From NCBI GenBank assembly GCA_965223265.1, contig OZ244999.1, positions 6,080,001 to 6,144,000 of the forward strand: a stretch of 64,000 nt of DNA, in the 5' to 3' direction. The DNA comes from Planctomycetota bacterium. Lineage in GTDB: Bacteria > Planctomycetota > UBA8108 > SXIK01. The notes under the pieces were generated by a model. The model was not told where the DNA came from. It saw only the letters and a program-made list of their open reading frames with translations, and ran no database searches. The translations under genes and the position numbers were made by a program. Below are positions 1 through 11,900 of the stretch, piece after piece. Each line of letters starts with the position of its first letter. Positions within the stretch are counted from its first letter, which is position 1.

Positions 1-364
1 CGCCCATCACGTCCGCGTCGCTCCGACGGCGCCATAGGCGCTCCAGCATAGTCGGATGAGGAATGAGGTCGTCGTTCACTAGTAGCAGCCACGTCGTCGA
101 ACTGAGCTGAGCCGCTCGGTTGTTTCCCGCAGAAAAACTGGTTTCGGGGTCAACGTTGACCACCCGCCAGAGATGCTTCTTGGCAGTCGCCGTCAAGCTT
201 CGTTCCATCACGCCGTTGTTGACGAGAAATCGGATGCAAGAAACGCCAAGGTCTTCGACCTGTGGCATCAGGGCACGACTCAGGCGTTCCACGTATTGGG
301 TGTTTCCCCGCGTGAGAGTGATGATCTGAATGTCTGTTTCAGGCAATGGCGCAATCTGTTTCAT
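1..364 (-). CDS. GT2-family glycosyltransferase (5' part; runs off window)
   Basis: Manual translation from ATG at 364: MKQIAPLPETDIQIITLTRGN...FLVNNG...SFSAGNNRAAQLSSTTWLLLVNDD; typical GT-A motif with NDD. Not in ORF track because it has no stop in the window. Confidence 0.8.
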   Translation of the reverse strand, partial: MKQIAPLPETDIQIITLTRGNTQYVERLSRALMPQVEDLGVSCIRFLVNNGVMERSLTATAKKHLWRVVNVDPETSFSAGNNRAAQLSSTTWLLLVNDDLIPHPTMLERLWRRRSDADVMG

Positions 365-387
365 TTGACCTGAGCCTGAGGGGGCCG

Positions 388-2871
388 CTATCTCGCCAGT
401 GGGATCTCTACGATGCGTTCGTATTCAGGTGTCCTTCTCACGACGTCGCCGGGGTCTCGAATAAGAAGATTTTCTCTTTCGTAACCCTTTTTGAGGGTCC
501 GGATTGTCACTTCGAATTCACCCATCGTGACGGAGCCAGTAGTAGCTTGGCGATCGAGCCAACTGGGAAGTGTCCGCAAGAATCGGAAGTCATCCGAAAG
601 GCATGCCTTGGGTGTGGTTATGACTGTCACATCGCAGTCTGCCAACCGGAACCCGTCTGAAACGACTTCAACCTTGTCGTGTGTGAGTAGGGGCGTAACG
701 CGAGACTCCTCTTCTGTGTACTTACCCACTACTTCTCGTACAAGTCGTCTGTCGTCGACGTCAAGCACTTCGACTTTGGAGAATAGCGGTTCGACGACTT
801 GAAGCACCGAATACAGCACCTCCGGAACTCTCGTGTGAGTGACGTCAATCCCGAGTCCGATGTTGTACTTGGCGTCGACGATGGGTTTGCAGAAATCATC
901 GACGTGCGGCATTGGACGTCCCCATTTGCGGGAAAAATTTCGTCGATTCTTCTGCGTGCTACGCTGCCACTCGACGGAGTTTTTTCCTACCCCGTCCCGG
1001 AATCGAGAACCCCTACACGTGAAATGGTAACAGAGACTGGACCAGGACTGAACAGGCTCGTACTGAGCAAGCATCATTCGGTTAAAGAGGTCGGAGTCCT
1101 CGAGAGACTGAGGAGCGAAGACTGGATCATGGCCACCAATCCGAAGGTAATCCGCACGAAAGCACATGAATGGTGCGAAAAGTCCGTGGGTGAATTTTTC
1201 TGTATTTTCAGACCGTCTCGTTTCGCAGAAGTCCAAGAACCTCTCTTCTTCGAAATCTTCAACCTGAATGCCGAAGTTTTCGAGGATTTTGGCTTGTTCC
1301 TGTCCTCTGTGAATCGGTGGTTCGACGCGTGTCGAGCTGACGACGGTTCCGAGTTTGAGGTATTTATAGAGTTCGATGTCAGCTCTTCTTCCAAAGTACA
1401 TGTCAGAATGGACGATGAAGACGACGTCATGTCGAGCGCTTTTCACGCAGTAGTCGTATGCATGAACTATGCCAACACGTTCAGGTCCTGGATTGAGAAG
1501 CAGGTCATACCGATAGAGATTCTGATTGTTCTTTAGCCATTCGACGTCCCCATCGTTGGAGGCATCATCGAAGAGAAGGATTTGATGGTCGCCTCTTACG
1601 AAGTTGGAACGAATTGACTTCAAGGCAAGGGTCAGAAATGGAACCGTGTCTCGGTTTGTCAGGACGATCGAGAGCTGAGGGATCGACGACTTGGGTGCGA
1701 CCATGAAGTGACGCGGAGTCGATCTTCTTGTTGTCTCAGGGTCCTTTTGGGGTGAATGTCCTCTTCCGAGAATCTTGCGCAAATTCGGGTCGCGAGGAAT
1801 AGGGGCAATGGCAAGGTCGTCGAAGGGGTACCACTGTGGCTCGTCTCGGAGTTTGCAGCGAAAGTACGTGCCCTTAAACGGTGGCCGGTCGATATGGGAT
1901 CCCGTTCCGCAAGAGGAGGATTCCCACTTTCGGTCGTGCCACTGCGCATTGAGGAAAGGGTGGTCATTCGTGAACCCTTTTCGTCCGGCGGGCAAGCGTG
2001 CGGAATAGCCACTATGCAGAAGCGCGCATCGATGAACAAAGCGATCGTTTCCCGTCATCGATCCTCGCGGGTTTCCCTGGTCGGCACTTCGCCAATCGTG
2101 TTCCCTATTGAAACCGAGGACCCATGGAACTCCCTCTCGATTCAATCGCAGCGTGTAGTCGGTGTCTTCGAATCCATGATTGGAGACATATCGTTCGTCG
2201 TACCACCCGATTCTTCGTACAACTTCCTTGTGCATGCATAGGAACGCGAAGTTGTTGATGACGGCGAGCGCATCGCTTGCATGTTGCATTCTTTGGTAGT
2301 AGTCGAACCAACCAGGTAGTACCTCGCAGTCATCGTCGAAGGAGATTAGCCACGGAGTGGGGCAGCGACGAACCATTTGATTCCTCAGCCAGCTAATCGA
2401 GTTTGGAGAAACATAACCGGCTGCTGCGTTGTATGCCTCAGGGGGATCGGTCAGCTCGTATGAGAGGTGCTGCTTGATCCACTCTATGCCCTTCGAGGGA
2501 TGGGTGAAGTACTCGCTGCGGTACTCCAGTACCGTCCAGTTTGGGTGGTGGTATCGGACAGCCGAAACTGTGTCGTCGTCAGTGTTATTGACGTGGAGCA
2601 CGCGCGAAGCGCCGGGGAGTTGCTGTGACGTCCGCTCTATGGAGTCGATGAGTCTAAGGAGGAAATCCTTGCGATTGCGAGTGAGGATCGCAAGTGTCAC
2701 GTTGTCGGCGGTGAGCCGCTCCGACCGCGGAAGACGCTCTCCGTCGTCGTTGTAAAGTACTCCACACTCCCCCGCACTGATGAACGGTTTGCCTCGATGG
2801 AGCGGCTCGCGAAGCGCGACGCCCTCCCACTGCGGAGTATTTCGAAAGAGTATTGATTCCCGTGTCCTCAT
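388..2871 (-). CDS. Tandem double GT2-family glycosyltransferase
   Basis: Two GT-A domains: LAILTRNR..WLISFDDD..GWYDERY..GFEDTDYTLR and SIVLTNRD..LFDDASND..VHSDMY..GGHDPVF..EDSDLFNR. Confidence 0.85.
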   Translation of the reverse strand: MRTRESILFRNTPQWEGVALREPLHRGKPFISAGECGVLYNDDGERLPRSERLTADNVTLAILTRNRKDFLLRLIDSIERTSQQLPGASRVLHVNNTDDDTVSAVRYHHPNWTVLEYRSEYFTHPSKGIEWIKQHLSYELTDPPEAYNAAAGYVSPNSISWLRNQMVRRCPTPWLISFDDDCEVLPGWFDYYQRMQHASDALAVINNFAFLCMHKEVVRRIGWYDERYVSNHGFEDTDYTLRLNREGVPWVLGFNREHDWRSADQGNPRGSMTGNDRFVHRCALLHSGYSARLPAGRKGFTNDHPFLNAQWHDRKWESSSCGTGSHIDRPPFKGTYFRCKLRDEPQWYPFDDLAIAPIPRDPNLRKILGRGHSPQKDPETTRRSTPRHFMVAPKSSIPQLSIVLTNRDTVPFLTLALKSIRSNFVRGDHQILLFDDASNDGDVEWLKNNQNLYRYDLLLNPGPERVGIVHAYDYCVKSARHDVVFIVHSDMYFGRRADIELYKYLKLGTVVSSTRVEPPIHRGQEQAKILENFGIQVEDFEEERFLDFCETRRSENTEKFTHGLFAPFMCFRADYLRIGGHDPVFAPQSLEDSDLFNRMMLAQYEPVQSWSSLCYHFTCRGSRFRDGVGKNSVEWQRSTQKNRRNFSRKWGRPMPHVDDFCKPIVDAKYNIGLGIDVTHTRVPEVLYSVLQVVEPLFSKVEVLDVDDRRLVREVVGKYTEEESRVTPLLTHDKVEVVSDGFRLADCDVTVITTPKACLSDDFRFLRTLPSWLDRQATTGSVTMGEFEVTIRTLKKGYERENLLIRDPGDVVRRTPEYERIVEIPLAR

Positions 2872-3201
2872 GGTAACGAACCTGTGCTATCGAGAGATTC
2901 GGAGAGAAATCACGGCAACATCGCGCGAGACTTCATGAGCATAGTCTGATTCGAAGGACGCGCGAAACAAAAATCGAGAATGGCGGCCTTGCGACACGAT
3001 GTGGTTACAAACTGTTCCGATGGCAGCGAACGTTCGTTCGTCACTCGGATGGACTACGTCTCGTTGGAGTTGAAGATTTCGCGAATGAAATACGTTGCAG
3101 TTCAACTGGAGTGGCTGTATCGTTCGAGACCTCCGAGTAGTTGTGATGCCGCGGCAGTATGGATGATCAGCTGACAACTGATCACCGAGGAAGCAGTTCC
3201 T

Positions 3202-6075
3202 GTGAACGTACTCGTCTTCACAGAAGGTGACTTGCGCCTGGCAAAGGGTTGGCACCCGTCGCATTTCATTCTGACCGCGAGGCAGGATGGGGCTGGCGAC
3301 ATCAGGTACGACCCAGAGGAGGACACCTATGAGGACATAACGAGCAGACTTCCGTGCGGTTTTGGACTCGACGCCGTGCTGATTGCCAGCCTTGAGTATG
3401 GCAATTTCGTTTGGGGCCTTCACGAGGCGCCGGTTCCGATCGTGGCCACCGTCTCGGACACGAATATCTGTTTTGAAACGGTGAAGAGCACGATCCCGTT
3501 CGTCGACCTCTTCATCTGTAACGAGCGACTTCAGGCAGATAGGCTGGAGAGAACCGGCGCGAAAGTTGTCCATTTGCCTTGGTTTGCTCTCGACGCGGAG
3601 GTGTTTCGACCGGGGGATGTGACAGAAACGTGGGACTTGCTCTTCGTGGGGAATCTGCAGCCGTACATCCACAAGCGACGCGGAAAGCTGCTAGAGAGAC
3701 TCCTCAGCGCTCTTGGAAAGTTCGATTGTCGTGTCCTGACCAACACTTACGGACCGGGGTACCTGAAGGCGCTGGCGCGCGCCAAAATGGTGTTCAACCA
3801 TTCGGTGCGTGGCGAGATCAACATGCGCGTGTACGAAGCGCTTGGTGCTCGAAAGTTGCTCTTGGTCGAAGAGACGAACAGCGAGATTCTGGAGCGGTTC
3901 ACGGCGGGGGAGCACGTCGCGACATATTCTGAGGAGAACTTGATCGAGCAAGTTGACTATTTTCTCAGTCACGATCGTGAGAGGGAGGAGATCGCTCAAA
4001 GGGGCTATGAAGAGGTTGTCCGCAATCACTCATGGGAGGCCCGAGCGCAGAGCCTTGGTTCCATCCTCGAAGGCGTAGTCTCCAGTGGTGTGCAGCGCGC
4101 GGCCCACGATCTTTCGGAAGAGACGCTTCACCGCTTGGCGTCGCGCATCTTCATGAATCACAGAAGGTTCAACGCGGCGATTCGACATGCGGAGTCCGCG
4201 TTGTCCACCGAGAATTCGAGCGCTAATCGCGAGAATCTTTCTCGGGTACTCTGCAGCGCTGCGGCGTTCGTTGATTCTGAGAATCGGGAGGCTCACCTGC
4301 GATACACCGAACGGGCAACGGACGCAGCTCTCGAATCGGAGCGACGGAATGTGTTCACGGCGTTTAACACGCTGGAGCTTGATCAGGTTCGTGGCACACC
4401 AGACGGCCCGGGAATTGCTCGCTTCATCGACGCCTTGGTCGACGATGAGTACGATCATCTCGAAGAGGGTGGTCCTCTGAACGTGGACTTCGAGTACTTC
4501 CGAGTCAACTGGGAAACGCAACTGAATCACGAGTCGGACGTGGGGCTGGAGCCTGACAGACGGCGGAACATCTTACTTGCTCGAGCTCACGAACTTCTCG
4601 GGGACTGGGAACGCGGACGAGGGAACCACTCGAGCGCGGTAGAAGCCTACAGCGAGGCGGTCTCTCGGCAGGACTGGGGGTACCTTCGCCACAAACTCGG
4701 TTCGACTCTTGTGCGGCTTGGGCGATTGGAGGACGCTGAGCCCGAGTTTCGTGCTGCTGTAGGCGCTGAACCGTTCTTTTTCGCTGCACAGTGTGATCTC
4801 GCGTGCGTCTGTCTCGAGACTCAGAAGCTCGAGGAGGCGAAGTCGGTTGCGGCAGACGGTCTTCTCACGATCGCTGGCCCATTCGACTCGTTTGAGACAA
4901 GACTGGTCGAAATCCTGGAACGATGCGCGATTCCGGAGCACTTGTGCACCTACCAGGGCCACGAACCAATTCACTGGGAGGGCGTATTCTTCAATCTTAG
5001 CGCTCACGCTTTAGAGGCCCGAGAGCTCGCCTGTGAACTCGAACGTCGTTCCGCTCCTTTATCTCTGTCGTCGCACGACGTGGAGGAAGAAGCTATGCTC
5101 GATGTCGACGGCACGTTCTCGTTACTGAAGGGCCTCGAAGGAGAGCCCGATTCCGAATCGTTCGTCCATGTCTTTCACGGCTCACCGGCGGCGTTCGAAC
5201 CTCGCTCGCGCGCGTCCGTGAGCGTTGTTCGCACTACATTCGAAACCGATCGGCTGCCAAAAGGTTGGGCAGAGGTCCTTCAAGAAGCCGACCGAGTTTG
5301 GGTTCTCAGCGAGTTCAACCGGCGAGTGTTCGAAGAGCAGGGAGTCCCGGAGGACAGAATCGCGGTGATTCCCCCACCGCTTGGGCCGGTGCCACTCCCC
5401 ACAGCGACGCCGTTGGAAATCCTGAACACGAAACGGTTCAATTTCCTCTCAGTGTTCGACTGGGGAGCACGGAAAGGGTGGGACATTCTGCTGCGAGCTT
5501 TCTTTACGGAGTTCAGCGCAGTTGATGATGTGACACTCGTTCTACGGATCTGTTCGTTGCAGGGACTCAAACAGGTCGAGGTTCGGGATCGTATTCGCGG
5601 ATTCATTCGCAGCGAAATAGGTCAAGATCCGGACCGCGGACCCGAACTCTCGTTTGTCGACGAAACGTTGAGGCCAGGCGAGATGAGAGGCCTTTATGCC
5701 GCCGTCGACGCCTTTGTGCTTCCAACCCGAGGCGAGGGGTTTGGGCGGCCACTTCTCGAGGCGATCGTGGCTGGTCTTCCGACGATCGGAACGAAATGGG
5801 GAGGGCAGCTGGACTTCTTGAATGATCGCAGCGGTTATTTGATCGACGTAGAGGGGCTTGAGCGAATCGAAGGGCGTGTCCCGGAGTTCTTTGTCGGGCA
5901 CAAGTGGGCGGTTCCTTCGGTAGATCACCTTCGCGTCTTGATGCGTCGGGTATACGAGGATCCTGAGGAAGGGCGTCGCCGAGCACGGAGCTCCATTCCA
6001 GCTCTCCTGGAGCGTTACAACGTGAAGCAAGTCGCTAACTTGGTAGTGGATGATCTGAACCGTCTGACGGCATGA
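3202..6075 (+). CDS. Multidomain glycosyltransferase (CgeB/GT1_2-like + TPR + GT4)
   Basis: LLFVGN..INMRVYEALG..HSWEARAQ; central TPR repeats; C-terminal GT-B with RKGWDILL and FVLPTRGEGFGRPLLEA. Confidence 0.85.
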   Translation: MNVLVFTEGDLRLAKGWHPSHFILTARQDGAGDIRYDPEEDTYEDITSRLPCGFGLDAVLIASLEYGNFVWGLHEAPVPIVATVSDTNICFETVKSTIPFVDLFICNERLQADRLERTGAKVVHLPWFALDAEVFRPGDVTETWDLLFVGNLQPYIHKRRGKLLERLLSALGKFDCRVLTNTYGPGYLKALARAKMVFNHSVRGEINMRVYEALGARKLLLVEETNSEILERFTAGEHVATYSEENLIEQVDYFLSHDREREEIAQRGYEEVVRNHSWEARAQSLGSILEGVVSSGVQRAAHDLSEETLHRLASRIFMNHRRFNAAIRHAESALSTENSSANRENLSRVLCSAAAFVDSENREAHLRYTERATDAALESERRNVFTAFNTLELDQVRGTPDGPGIARFIDALVDDEYDHLEEGGPLNVDFEYFRVNWETQLNHESDVGLEPDRRRNILLARAHELLGDWERGRGNHSSAVEAYSEAVSRQDWGYLRHKLGSTLVRLGRLEDAEPEFRAAVGAEPFFFAAQCDLACVCLETQKLEEAKSVAADGLLTIAGPFDSFETRLVEILERCAIPEHLCTYQGHEPIHWEGVFFNLSAHALEARELACELERRSAPLSLSSHDVEEEAMLDVDGTFSLLKGLEGEPDSESFVHVFHGSPAAFEPRSRASVSVVRTTFETDRLPKGWAEVLQEADRVWVLSEFNRRVFEEQGVPEDRIAVIPPPLGPVPLPTATPLEILNTKRFNFLSVFDWGARKGWDILLRAFFTEFSAVDDVTLVLRICSLQGLKQVEVRDRIRGFIRSEIGQDPDRGPELSFVDETLRPGEMRGLYAAVDAFVLPTRGEGFGRPLLEAIVAGLPTIGTKWGGQLDFLNDRSGYLIDVEGLERIEGRVPEFFVGHKWAVPSVDHLRVLMRRVYEDPEEGRRRARSSIPALLERYNVKQVANLVVDDLNRLTA

Positions 6076-6083
6076 GGTCTTAA

Positions 6084-8885
6084 ATGGCGATCTCCCGAGC
6101 TCGACTGTACTCCAGAGGAAAGGGGCGGAGAATCCGAGTTCGTTATGAGGGGGAGTTCTCCACTCTTAGTAGTTTCGGTGTCGTTGCTAGAGAGATGGCG
6201 CTCTCGATGTGCTCCCGCCGAGAGATCGACCTCCACCTAGTTGACTGCGGGGCGAAGGACTTCGAACTGAGCGAGGATCCCAAAGCCCGTGTACTCCGCA
6301 GTTTCTTGAGTGAATCGCAATCAGATGAGGTTGACTTTCACATCCGACACCAATGGCCGCCGAACTTTGAGCCCCCGACCTCTGGGCGTTGGGTATTGGC
6401 GCAACCGTGGGAATATGGAAGCCTTCCTCAAAACTGGGTCGACGCATTCCGTGATTCGGTGGACGACGTCTGGTGCTTTTCACGATACGTTCAAGGCTCC
6501 TATCTCAGGGCAGGCTTTGATCCATTCCGGACAGCAGTCATTCCCCATGGGATCGATCCAGACGTATTTCGACCTGACGTTGATTCTCTTCCCCTAACCA
6601 CGAAAAAGACGTTCAAGATCCTTTACCTCGGAGGCACTCTCCATCGCAAAGGGGCGGACATCGCTCTGGAAGCCTATCTTCGTGCGTTTTCTTCCTGCGA
6701 CGACGTAACGCTCGTCGTGAAGGATATGGGAACGAACACGTTTTACCGGGGGCAGACCATAGGCGAAAAGATCATCGATGCTGCAAGAGATCCGACTCGA
6801 CCAGAGATCCTCTATCTGGATCGGCATTTCCAAGAGGGAGAGTTGGTTCGCCTGTACAACGCATGTGACGTGTTGCTTGCTCCGTACAGAGGTGAAGGAT
6901 TCGCCCTCCCTGTGCTGGAAGCCATGGCTTGTGGGCTTCACGTGATCGTAACATCAGGAGGTGCTACTGATGACTACGTCGATGGTTCATGCGGTACAAG
7001 AATTCCTTCGGATAAATCGATTTCAACTGATCGTCTACGCGACGGCACGAAGTGCGTGGCGCCCATCTTTCTCAGAGTGGCTGACGTTCACGAGGTTGTC
7101 AGATCGCTTCGTTGGGCTTACGACTATCGCCATCTTGGGGCGGAGCTGGGTCAGGTAGCCACTAAGCGCGCACGGCATGAGTGGACGTGGGACCAAGGCG
7201 TCGATCGCGCGATTGTTCGGTTCGAAGAATTGCTTCAAAGAGGTGTGCGGCGGTTGGAAGCCCAGACTACAAGTCACCCGACGCATGAGCCTCGACGAGA
7301 GGTCGCACCTGAGAAAGACGCAGCACCTTCAGAAGTTTCGCCATTTGTTCCGAGCACGACCTCTCGGTCTTCGAGCGTTTCGTTGACCATGATCGTTCGG
7401 AATGAGGAGAAGAACCTTGGTGAGTGTCTGGAGTCCATCCAAGGCGTCGTCGACGAGATTGTGGTCGTAGACACAGGCTCAACCGACCGTACAAAGGACA
7501 TCGCGAGGGAATTTGGTGCCAAACTCTACGACTTTCCGTGGGTGGACAGTTTTTCTCGCGCTCGTAACGAGGCCATCGAGCGGGCGACCGGTGACTGGGT
7601 TTTCTGGCTGGATGCGGACGATCGAGTGACACAATCGAATCGCGAGAAGCTGAAGCAGCTCTTCTCTGAGCTACCGCAGGATACATTGACAGCATACTCG
7701 ATGAAGGTGGAGTGCGTACCTCTTCCAGGTGGCTCGCCGACAGTCGTGGATCATGTGCGTCTATTTCCTCGTCGCGATGATTTGAGATGGGAGTACAGAG
7801 TTCACGAGAACATCCTCCCAGCAATCAATCGAGCAGGAGGCCAAGTAAAGTGGACTGATGTCGCCATCCACCACTACGGCTATCTCGACGCAGAGCTTCG
7901 AAGATCGAAGCGGATGCGGGACCACGCTCTCTTGCTGAAGGACCTAGAAGAACGGGCAGAAGACGCATTTGTCCACTTCAACGTCGGTCACAGCTACCTT
8001 GAGAACGAAGACTATGCGAAGGCTATCTCCCATCTAGAAGAGAGCATCAGCCGATCAGAGCCGCACTACTCTCAAGTAAAGAAGGCGTACGTCCTGCTCG
8101 CGCAAGCGAAGAACTCATCGGGGAGGACGAAAGAAGCGCTGGAAACACTGGACGAAGGGCGCAAACACCATCCACGGAATCCAGAGCTCCTGTACTATCG
8201 CGGTGTGTACAGCCATGTTGATGGCGACCTCGCGCGTGCAGCCGAATGCTTCCAGGAAATCCTCGAAACGAATGAATGGCCGCAGGAATTCGGCAGTTAC
8301 GACGTCGGAATACTCGACCACAAGTCCAGGCATCGACTAGCCCACGTGTATCTCGACCAAGGGCGAGAAAAAGACGGTGAAGCGTTGCTTGCTGAAATCG
8401 TCAAGACACACCCGAGTTACGTTTCGGGAATGATGGACCTGTGTCAACACTGGATCAAGACTGGTCGTGCAGACGGCGCGCAGAAATGTATCGAGACGCT
8501 CAAGAGTCGAGGATGCGATAGAGAGTGGCGTTTTTTGACGGGGCTCGTGAAAGAAGCTCAGGGAGACTTGGGAGGAGCAGCCAGGTCATTCAAGCAGGCG
8601 CTATCGTATGCCCCCGACTCCGAGGAGTACGTCGCGAAGTTGGCACATGTCTGCCTCAAACAGGGAGACCTGTCCGCGGCGGAGCACTTTCTTCGCAGGC
8701 ATGTAGAGCTAAATGGCAGATCGCCAGAGGCGCAGTACAATCTTGCTGGTGTTCTGTACGGAAAGGGAGACAAGTCAGCAGCGCTTGAAGCTTTGGAGCG
8801 TGCTCTTTCTCTTCGTCCAGACTACGCGTTTGCATTGGAACTAAAGGAGAAGCTATCTCAGGAAGAGTCAATGAGTAGCAACTGA
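6084..8885 (+). CDS. Multidomain glycosyltransferase (GT4 + SunS/flagellin-type GT2 + TPR)
   Basis: RKGADIAL..PYRGEGFALPVLEAMACG; SLTMIVRNEE..VVDTGSTD..FSRARN..WLDADD..RVHE..HHYGY; C-terminal TPR array. Confidence 0.88.
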   Translation: MAISRARLYSRGKGRRIRVRYEGEFSTLSSFGVVAREMALSMCSRREIDLHLVDCGAKDFELSEDPKARVLRSFLSESQSDEVDFHIRHQWPPNFEPPTSGRWVLAQPWEYGSLPQNWVDAFRDSVDDVWCFSRYVQGSYLRAGFDPFRTAVIPHGIDPDVFRPDVDSLPLTTKKTFKILYLGGTLHRKGADIALEAYLRAFSSCDDVTLVVKDMGTNTFYRGQTIGEKIIDAARDPTRPEILYLDRHFQEGELVRLYNACDVLLAPYRGEGFALPVLEAMACGLHVIVTSGGATDDYVDGSCGTRIPSDKSISTDRLRDGTKCVAPIFLRVADVHEVVRSLRWAYDYRHLGAELGQVATKRARHEWTWDQGVDRAIVRFEELLQRGVRRLEAQTTSHPTHEPRREVAPEKDAAPSEVSPFVPSTTSRSSSVSLTMIVRNEEKNLGECLESIQGVVDEIVVVDTGSTDRTKDIAREFGAKLYDFPWVDSFSRARNEAIERATGDWVFWLDADDRVTQSNREKLKQLFSELPQDTLTAYSMKVECVPLPGGSPTVVDHVRLFPRRDDLRWEYRVHENILPAINRAGGQVKWTDVAIHHYGYLDAELRRSKRMRDHALLLKDLEERAEDAFVHFNVGHSYLENEDYAKAISHLEESISRSEPHYSQVKKAYVLLAQAKNSSGRTKEALETLDEGRKHHPRNPELLYYRGVYSHVDGDLARAAECFQEILETNEWPQEFGSYDVGILDHKSRHRLAHVYLDQGREKDGEALLAEIVKTHPSYVSGMMDLCQHWIKTGRADGAQKCIETLKSRGCDREWRFLTGLVKEAQGDLGGAARSFKQALSYAPDSEEYVAKLAHVCLKQGDLSAAEHFLRRHVELNGRSPEAQYNLAGVLYGKGDKSAALEALERALSLRPDYAFALELKEKLSQEESMSSN

Positions 8886-8963
8886 TCCGCAAGTAGATCC
8901 ATGCGTGGTGGCGCGCCTGTTTTCGGGCGTCACAAGTACACTCAGGAATAAGCGAGGTGTAGG

Positions 8964-11900
8964 ATGACGAGTGCCGGTGGTTGGACACCCCTGACGGGCG
9001 CAAAAGTTCCCGCTGAGGCGACTCACCCGAGTCAAATGTCGTTTCCCACGCCGAAGGCACCTAAGGTGACGATTCCTTCGACGACGGATGACGGATTCAT
9101 GGATCCTTTCAACTGTGGTGGCCACTGCGGCTGTGAGGGGAACTGCTCTTCGAGCGGTAGTCGTCCCGCTGCGGTGAACATCGCCAGCGGTTCACTTCTC
9201 TACCACTACAAGATTCCTGAAAACACGATCCCGGTAGAGATCTACTACGAGTCAGACCAAGCCGGGATCTTGGCTCTAGGGACGGCTGATGGGTGGACGA
9301 CGAACCTTCACCGCCGCATCGAGAAGAGCGGCACCACGGTAACGGTGAAGACGTCCGATGGAGGGTCGGTAGACTATGAGAAGGGTACATCGGTCGTCTA
9401 TTATCCGACCGCCGGATACGACAATATCGTGGTCGAATCACCCGTTATTGCCGATTTGTTTACGGAGATTCTTCCGAACGGTGTGAAGTTCGTCTACGAC
9501 CTTTCGGAGTCGGGGAGACTGACGAACATCGAGGATCCCGACGGGCGTAAGTGGACGTTTACGTATTCGACCGGGACGCAGCTCTCATCGGTTGAAAACC
9601 ACCGCAGTCGCTTGGTCACTCTCCACTACGACGGCTCTCGCATCGAGGCGATTGAGGACACCGCCGGTCGGCTGACAAGCTTTAGCTACACAAGTGGGAA
9701 ACTCTCTCAGATCGAGGACGCGGTTGGCTGTTTGACGACTTTTGAGTATACGACGGGGACTGTGGAAATGGATCTGATCGAGGATCCGGACCATCGAACC
9801 GAAGTGGTGTACTCCTCGAGCAAGGTCCAAACGGTGAAGGGTGTCGATGCGAACGACACGACGAACAAGGACTTCACGACGTTCACGTACGCAAGCTCGA
9901 CCGAGACGGCAGTGAAGAACCCGCTTGGGCAGGTGACGTCGTATCTGTATGACAGCAGTGAGAAGTATCTCGACGCTCTAGAGAACGCTGAAGAGGAGGT
10001 GACGACGTTCAACTGGAGCTCGACAGCTCGTCGCGTGACGTCGGTGGTAAATCCTCGGAGCGTGACGACACGCTACACGTGGGAGTTGGTGAGTAGTGAG
10101 ACCGGCGAGACTAGAAGACGCCTGAAAGCCATAGAGCCCGGGGATCAAGGGGATTTCGTTACATACACCTACGAAGCTGCAGGCAGCTATCGCGTCAAGA
10201 GTGAGAAAGATCAGCTCGGGAACGTGACGACGTACACGTATGACGAAGGCCATCTGAGAAGTCTTCAGAACGCGAAGCGGGAGCTGACGACATGGGTGTA
10301 CGCAAATGATGTTCTCACTTCGATCGAGGATGCCCGAGGCAATCCGACGACTTTGACGTTCGGTAGTCAGGGGCTTGTGCAAACAGTCGAAGACGCTGAG
10401 GGGAACGTGACGACGTTTGGGTATGACGCGGCGGCGAATCCTGCGTACGCGATCGACGCGCTGAACCATCGGACGACGTTTGCCTATGATGCGTCCAATC
10501 GACGGACTGTGACTCACGACGCCCAAGGCGGGATCACGACAATCACGTATGAGGTATGTGGCCTCGTTCAGAGTGAGACCGATGCACGGGGGTATACGAC
10601 GACGTACACCTATGATCACAACGGCCAGCGAACGGAAACAATTGATGCGCTTGAGAACATTTGGACGTTTACGTACGACAAAGCGAGAAATCGTATCAGT
10701 CAGCAAGATGCTCTGGCTCGAGTGGCAACTTGGACTTATGACAAGGTGGGTAGGGCTGTCGCGAGAGTAGATGCGCTTGACCAGACTTCGACAACTTCTT
10801 ACGATGCTAACGGTAATGTAATTTCACAAGAAGATCCCAGCGGCGCCATCGTCACTACTCAGTACGATGACTTGGATCGTGTCCAGGTGTCCATCGATGC
10901 CTTGAAGTACAGAACGACGTACGCATACGACGCAGCAGGAAACCAGACAAGCATAACTGACGCGCGTGGCAATGTGACGACAAAGAGCTATGACGAGCTC
11001 AACCGCTTGGAGTCCGAGCATCGAGCAGACGGCGGAATCTCGACGACTGTATACGACGAAGTGGGAAACGTTAGGGCGACGATCGATACGAGAAACTATC
11101 GCACGACGAACACATACAACAAGGTCAATCGCCTGATTGCGGTCGAGAACGCTACGAACTACGTCACTACGACGAGTTACGACGCGACTGGACGGCGTAG
11201 GTCTGAAGAGAACGCACGAGGAGCAGTGACCACTTGGAGCTACGACAAGATCGGACGGGTGATTGACGAATCTGATCCTCTTGAGTGCCACACAACGTAC
11301 GCGTATGACGCCAGCGGCAATCGCACAAGTCGAACAGACGCACGAGGGAATCGTTCGGACTTAGTTTACGACGAGCTTGGCAGAAGGACAGTTGAGGTCT
11401 CTCCGCTTTCTGAGAGGACGACTACGTCCTACGATGCGGTGGGGAATGCGACAGAAATCCAATACCCGAATGGGGATCTTCTCACTCGGACCTTTGATTC
11501 TCTGAACCGGCGAGTTACGGAAACCAATCCAGCGGGTTACGTTCAAACAATCATTTACGACGACGTCCAGAGGGCACATGGAGCGATTGATTTCGATGGC
11601 AACAGAACAACGCGGATGTTTGACGCGCGTGGCGATTTGTCGACCGAAATAAGTTCAGAAGAAATACTTGTGACCTATACCTACGATGAAGCCAGAAATC
11701 GTCGATCGAGAGAGGACGGCGCCGGCAAACTAACGACTTTTTCGTACGATGGTCTCAACCGACTTGAGGCCATTGAGGATCCACTGAAATACCTTACTAC
11801 GTTTTCGTATGACACCGAGGGAAATCTCTCACTTAGAATGAACGCTGGGGGGATTGTCACGACATACAGTTACGACGAAATCAACCGGCGTTCGCGCATT